64,000 nucleotides of DNA from Babesia bigemina (taxonomy: Eukaryota). Location of the stretch: positions 1,736,001 through 1,800,000 of the forward strand of contig NC_027216.1 of NCBI RefSeq assembly GCF_000981445.1, given 5' to 3'. The notes beneath the pieces were generated by a model. That model did not search any database. It was not told where the DNA came from and saw nothing but the letters and a program-made list of their open reading frames with translations. Numbering within the stretch: the first letter of the stretch is position 1; the number at the start of each line of letters is the position of its first letter. Positions 59,919 to 64,000 of the stretch are shown one piece after another. Both the position numbers and the translations under genes were made by a program.

Positions 59919-60486
59919 ACATCGATGGTGTAGTAATTCAACAGTCCAAGAATGATATTTTGAATGTTCCAACGTCTAATAAACGCGGTAAATACCGCCT
60001 GATGCCATATGCTGAAAAAATGCTTCGAAGGCAGCGACCATGGCTGGATTATCAGAGTGAAACACATCTCTTATGAACGGCATATATGGCAGAATTTTTG
60101 AATTGTAATGTAAATGATTTACATAGCTGCAACCTTTATTAAGTACATCCGATAAGCGGTCACTCTAGCTGTTTTTTGTTCGCAGTTTAGAGTGTACGAT
60201 GACTACGTAACTACAGCCAATTTTCGGCTCTTCAGGGCTATCTACTCACGATGGTAGTATTGACTGCCGGTTCCACGTCGTACTGTTGTTGATCATAACT
60301 AGTCTTATCCATGCTGTTATCCGTGCTGCTATCCAGCTGGGGCAAGAGTATCACTCATGGTCCCGCGATGACTCCTATCAACCGTCCCACATTGGACAGG
60401 TTATCAGTTGGCAACATGGCAACTAGACGATCTCTCTTATCTTAGACTACCTCACCGAAGGACCATGCCACACCAACTCCTAAGCA

Positions 60487-61025
60487 ATACACTTGACACA
60501 TTGTCCAAGTTGTAGTGGAGACCACTGACCCGTACATGCAAGGCTGCGGCGTCACATACGCATCAGATGAGTTGTTCAAGCCTGAGACTCCCAAACTCTA
60601 CGACTCTTATGGACAACGTAAATCTGGTTGCAAAATAGACATTCAGGCTGCGGGCGAGGCAGCATTCTACTGCCCAGCACCGTACGTCCTGGATCCACCC
60701 AACTGCTTCGAAGAAGTATTAATGGGGGGTATAATCATGAATGTGAAAGATATAAGCAAGTCGCTGATTGCGTCAGCATCTAATCACTTTGTTATCCTGC
60801 GGTTCGACAGTGAACTCATAGGATCCGGGGAGACCCTGCGCCAGAAACCTCCATTGGAGTGCCAGTGCGTCACCGACAAAGGCATCGTCCTCTCCACTAT
60901 CCAAATCGAGAATTACTACTCCAACGAATGAGTATCTCAGATTTGGTAACTCGTTTGTCAATCACAGAGTTTAATCGTCATAGTCCATGTTGTTCGCTCT
61001 GCTGGTTTGTGTATTCAGTGAGAGC
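60487..61025 (+). pseudogene. 5'-truncated copy of the last 6-Cys domain and 3' UTR of the 49782-52625 gene family
   Basis: Near-identical to 52187 onward (atacacttg[g/a]cacattgtccaagttgtagtggagaccactgacccgtacatgcaaggc). TGG has become TGA at 60494-60496; no upstream homology or signal peptide; UTR similarity continues past the stop. Confidence 0.85.
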
Positions 61026-61865
61026 ATTGCTTTGGGTAGAGTGTTGCAATTGTAATTACCAGTCTAACGACATGTTCTGGTGTTGTCGTGGCTTTTTGTA
61101 ACTAGTGTGAACGGCCGTGGACCCTGCGAAGACTGTGCTGTGGAATTACTTGTCACAACCACTTAGTTGGGCGTTATCTACCGCAGGCATGAGGAAGATG
61201 CAACTTGGAGATTTGCATCGCTGCTCGCAATTTGACGCCTTGGCGATGCCATAAACACGCAACAAAGAGTAGAATACGGCACCTACAATGGGACTTCACT
61301 GAGGTCCCCAATTTGGATGAGCAACCACTGCGGCGGTGCCTGAGCACGTTGGTCGACCTCTGGGAGTGGGTGGATAGACCGTCTGGATTTAACCCTATAT
61401 GGGCGAATATATGTCTATTGGTGGCCTTTGTCTAACTGGATTACGAAGTCACAGGCATTTATTGTCAGCATCGTCATAAGTTTCGAGGTCGTAACCCCAG
61501 ACTGCACCCTAGCAGACGCTTTGAGGGGCGCCCCCGCAAACATGGCTACCCACTTATTAGTTACCACGAAAGAGTGGCAACGCGAGTGCGCACAATGCCA
61601 GTCTAAGTCGGGTATTCACACTCTTCACAGTTTGAGTGGAAGTGACTGCAATTTGGAGATTATGCTGGCACCATAACCAGTCAATAGTTTAGTTAACCGT
61701 GATTAGCAAGCACGTGCAGGAGCATCCAGCATTGAAAGCACCATTAAGAGAGCGCACCTTGAGAGCAGCCGAGTTGTGTATCTATCCTTGAACACGGTAC
61801 TTTGAGGTTCAGGTACACTGCTAATTTTTCTCCGCCGCACTGCTTTTGAATCCGTCACGTGCAAG

Positions 61866-63131
61866 ATGGCGGTGTCAGCAGCAGAGAATGAACAAACCTA
61901 TCAGGCAGTGAGTGATTATACGGGCTGCAATGGTCATGCGAAACACGACGAGGATGGGAATGAGGGAATGCTGATGGATATTAGCGAAATGAAGGCAACG
62001 CTGAAGGATATTAGGGAAATGATGGAGTCGCTAAAGGATATGAGGGAAATGAAGGCAACGCTGAAGGATATGAGGGAAATGATGAAATCGCTGAACGATA
62101 AGAAGGAAACGAAGGAGATAGCTGAGACGATGAAATCGTTACTAGACTTGTTGCAGCGTGGCGCGTTACACAAAGAGGTCGTTGCTCCATGCGTGTTGAA
62201 AACGCCACATTCGGATGGTGGCACAGGGACCTCACCGTCCGGTGGCGGTCAACAGCAGTTGTGTTCTGCTCCTCCGCAATCACAACATGCCAGTTCACAA
62301 GCTCAGTCGGTAAACATACCCGAAACTTGTGTGGTTAAAAAATCGCCTAATTTAACGGCCCATCAACAAGTGGTGTACAATTCGCTGATCTATGTCCCTC
62401 GCAACTTCAAGGAGGCTGTTGACTGGTTGATTGCCGTGAGGGGAGATGATGGAATGAAGCACTTGAAGGCTTTGGGCGCAGCGCTTTACGATTTTTACGC
62501 ACACATGTCAGGTAGATTCACAGAGGTGTCAGATCTAGATAAAGTCATACGCGTTTCTAGAGAGTTCTTAGAGCAAGAGAAGCTTAAAAAGCGTCGATCC
62601 GTTAAGCGTATTCTGATCAAACTAAATGATCGTTTGCGTAAAACACCCGATCAGCTAGCTAAGGACATTGGCTCCGCAGACGATACGGAGAAAGAGAAGT
62701 ACTTACAAACCAAGGGTCTCACTGCTGACACCATCGCAGAAAAGCTATGTTGCGTCGTGGATGCATGTGCGGAGTTCCTGGGAAGAATAAAGAACCGCAG
62801 TCACTACAAGTCTGCTTACAGTCCGCAGGCGACGTCGGATGCGTCATTTTCGGCTCATCCGGAAACTGGCGTAGTAATCTTCGTGGGTATTGCGCCAATG
62901 TTATGCGCAAGCATATTGGCTTTGGAGATGGCTAGTTTTCGTGCGGTACTCAGACTGCCGCCGTTTATTGCGTATAAGCGTATGCAGGAGTTGATACAAG
63001 CCCTGGGTTACGTAGAGCCAGAATGCCGCGCTGGCATGACGGCTTCGTATGTCGTAGATGCTTTGGGCGATTTTGAATCAGAGACAACTGACTTCATATA
63101 CCGCCTCGCTGGATTCTGGGCGTTCTACTGA
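61866..63131 (+). CDS. ves-like (ves2-type) protein with a 168-aa N-terminal repeat/low-complexity extension
   Basis: From codon 169: VVYNSLIYVPRNFKEAVDWLIAVRG...YKSAYS..AT...IFVGIAPML...LAGFWAFY, a paralogue of 26476-27234. Confidence 0.8.
   Translation: MAVSAAENEQTYQAVSDYTGCNGHAKHDEDGNEGMLMDISEMKATLKDIREMMESLKDMREMKATLKDMREMMKSLNDKKETKEIAETMKSLLDLLQRGALHKEVVAPCVLKTPHSDGGTGTSPSGGGQQQLCSAPPQSQHASSQAQSVNIPETCVVKKSPNLTAHQQVVYNSLIYVPRNFKEAVDWLIAVRGDDGMKHLKALGAALYDFYAHMSGRFTEVSDLDKVIRVSREFLEQEKLKKRRSVKRILIKLNDRLRKTPDQLAKDIGSADDTEKEKYLQTKGLTADTIAEKLCCVVDACAEFLGRIKNRSHYKSAYSPQATSDASFSAHPETGVVIFVGIAPMLCASILALEMASFRAVLRLPPFIAYKRMQELIQALGYVEPECRAGMTASYVVDALGDFESETTDFIYRLAGFWAFY
61971..62110 (+). repeat. 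30-bp (10-aa) coding tandem repeat with an alternating 60-bp higher-order unit
   Basis: gaaatgaaggcaacgctgaaggatat(t/g)agg alternates with gaaatgatg(g/a)a(g/a)tcgct...; encodes EMKATLKDIR EMMESLKDMR EMKATLKDMR EMMKSLNDKK. Confidence 0.9.
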
Positions 63132-64000
63132 GTAGGGCATTTAATAGCTGAATAAGCCGCCACGTGTTGCTTCTGAGCCCGCAGCACCAGTGAGTTGGCA
63201 TCTCTTCACCACTCACGAAACATCCCAAGTTTTTGAAATGCAGTCGTAGCGAGCTTTGTGAATACAGTCTTCATCCACTGCACTGGCGCGGAAAACAACT
63301 ATGGGCGTCTCGCGAATCGAGCTCGTGAGGCAATTAGACCTGCGTTCATGCAGCTCCATACAACGAAATGTCTGCATACCCGACTCCATGTGGCAACCGA
63401 CAGTTCAACAACCACGCTGATCACTCCTCCACATCCCCTTGGGCGAACGAGATATCAATAACGCTTTGCAAATAATGCCGTGATACACGTCACGTGAATG
63501 CGAAACGCCTTTTCACTTCAAGGCGCATTAACACATAGTTATATCATCAATGGACAGCTTAATATTTGGTTTTGGTAACTTTCATGAATCTACATGCTGA
63601 CATTTCTTGTAGAAAATGCAGGGATGGTGTTACTGCTTATCGATGTGAAGATTGCGTTTTTGAGCTCTGTATAGCCCGCTTGCCATAACAAGTAATGTAG
63701 TGCTAAACGGCAGGTCAAGTGGGCAATAGCAGTGATGGCGATTACATTCGGCAACAGAACAACATGGCACCCTCAACCAGTATCAGAGTGAGGCGGTGGC
63801 TCCGCTGAACCGAAAAACAGCCCTAGGCACATATCCACATAGCACACGATAAAATGAGAGAACATAATAAATGAGTACCGTAAATATAACCTTTGTTTAA
63901 GGCCGGCAAGCTTCATCTCTTGCAAGGGCATTTTCGTACGCCAGTCCTGACGTGCCTTTCCATTTAAAGAGCGCTTTTTATAGGTTCTTGTATAGCACCA

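Noticed and set aside
60305..60340. Three ~12-bp tandem units (ttatccatgctg/ttatccgtgctg/ctatccagctg) near the 6-Cys fragment
   Set aside because: Too short and degenerate to interpret.

Overview
This is compact eukaryotic DNA with short (~35-60 bp) GT-AG introns, from a piroplasm. It is almost certainly Babesia sensu stricto (B. bigemina/ovata-like), judged from a RAP-1-family gene, two ves-like genes and a multi-domain 6-Cys protein. About 29 protein-coding genes and one tRNA-Cys can be supported. GC-rich housekeeping blocks (HRD1, uL1m, RPS25, OST3/6, CDK7/MRK, RanBP9/GID1, BDP1, PDAP1, Qc-SNARE, DHX37, RING E3, PTPA, VIP1/PPIP5K, aspartyl protease, VPS28, NADP-GDH) alternate with AT-richer islands holding lineage-specific surface or secreted genes. 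Most notable: (1) an HRD1 ERAD ligase, absent from the ORF track, continuing in frame into a >1,550-aa acidic tail with an FFAT-like motif, a LIR-like motif, DPF motifs and 11-mer amphipathic repeats; (2) a head-to-head pair of signal-less, very Cys-rich single-pass membrane proteins which, with two stand-alone ves N-domain genes, suggests a 'split VESA' modular system; (3) a 5'-truncated 6-Cys cassette forming a direct repeat 8.3 kb from the intact gene; (4) small spliced genes that the ORF track misses or captures only in part; (5) a candidate structured RNA upstream of RPS25. All calls come from reading the sequence by eye; no searches were run.
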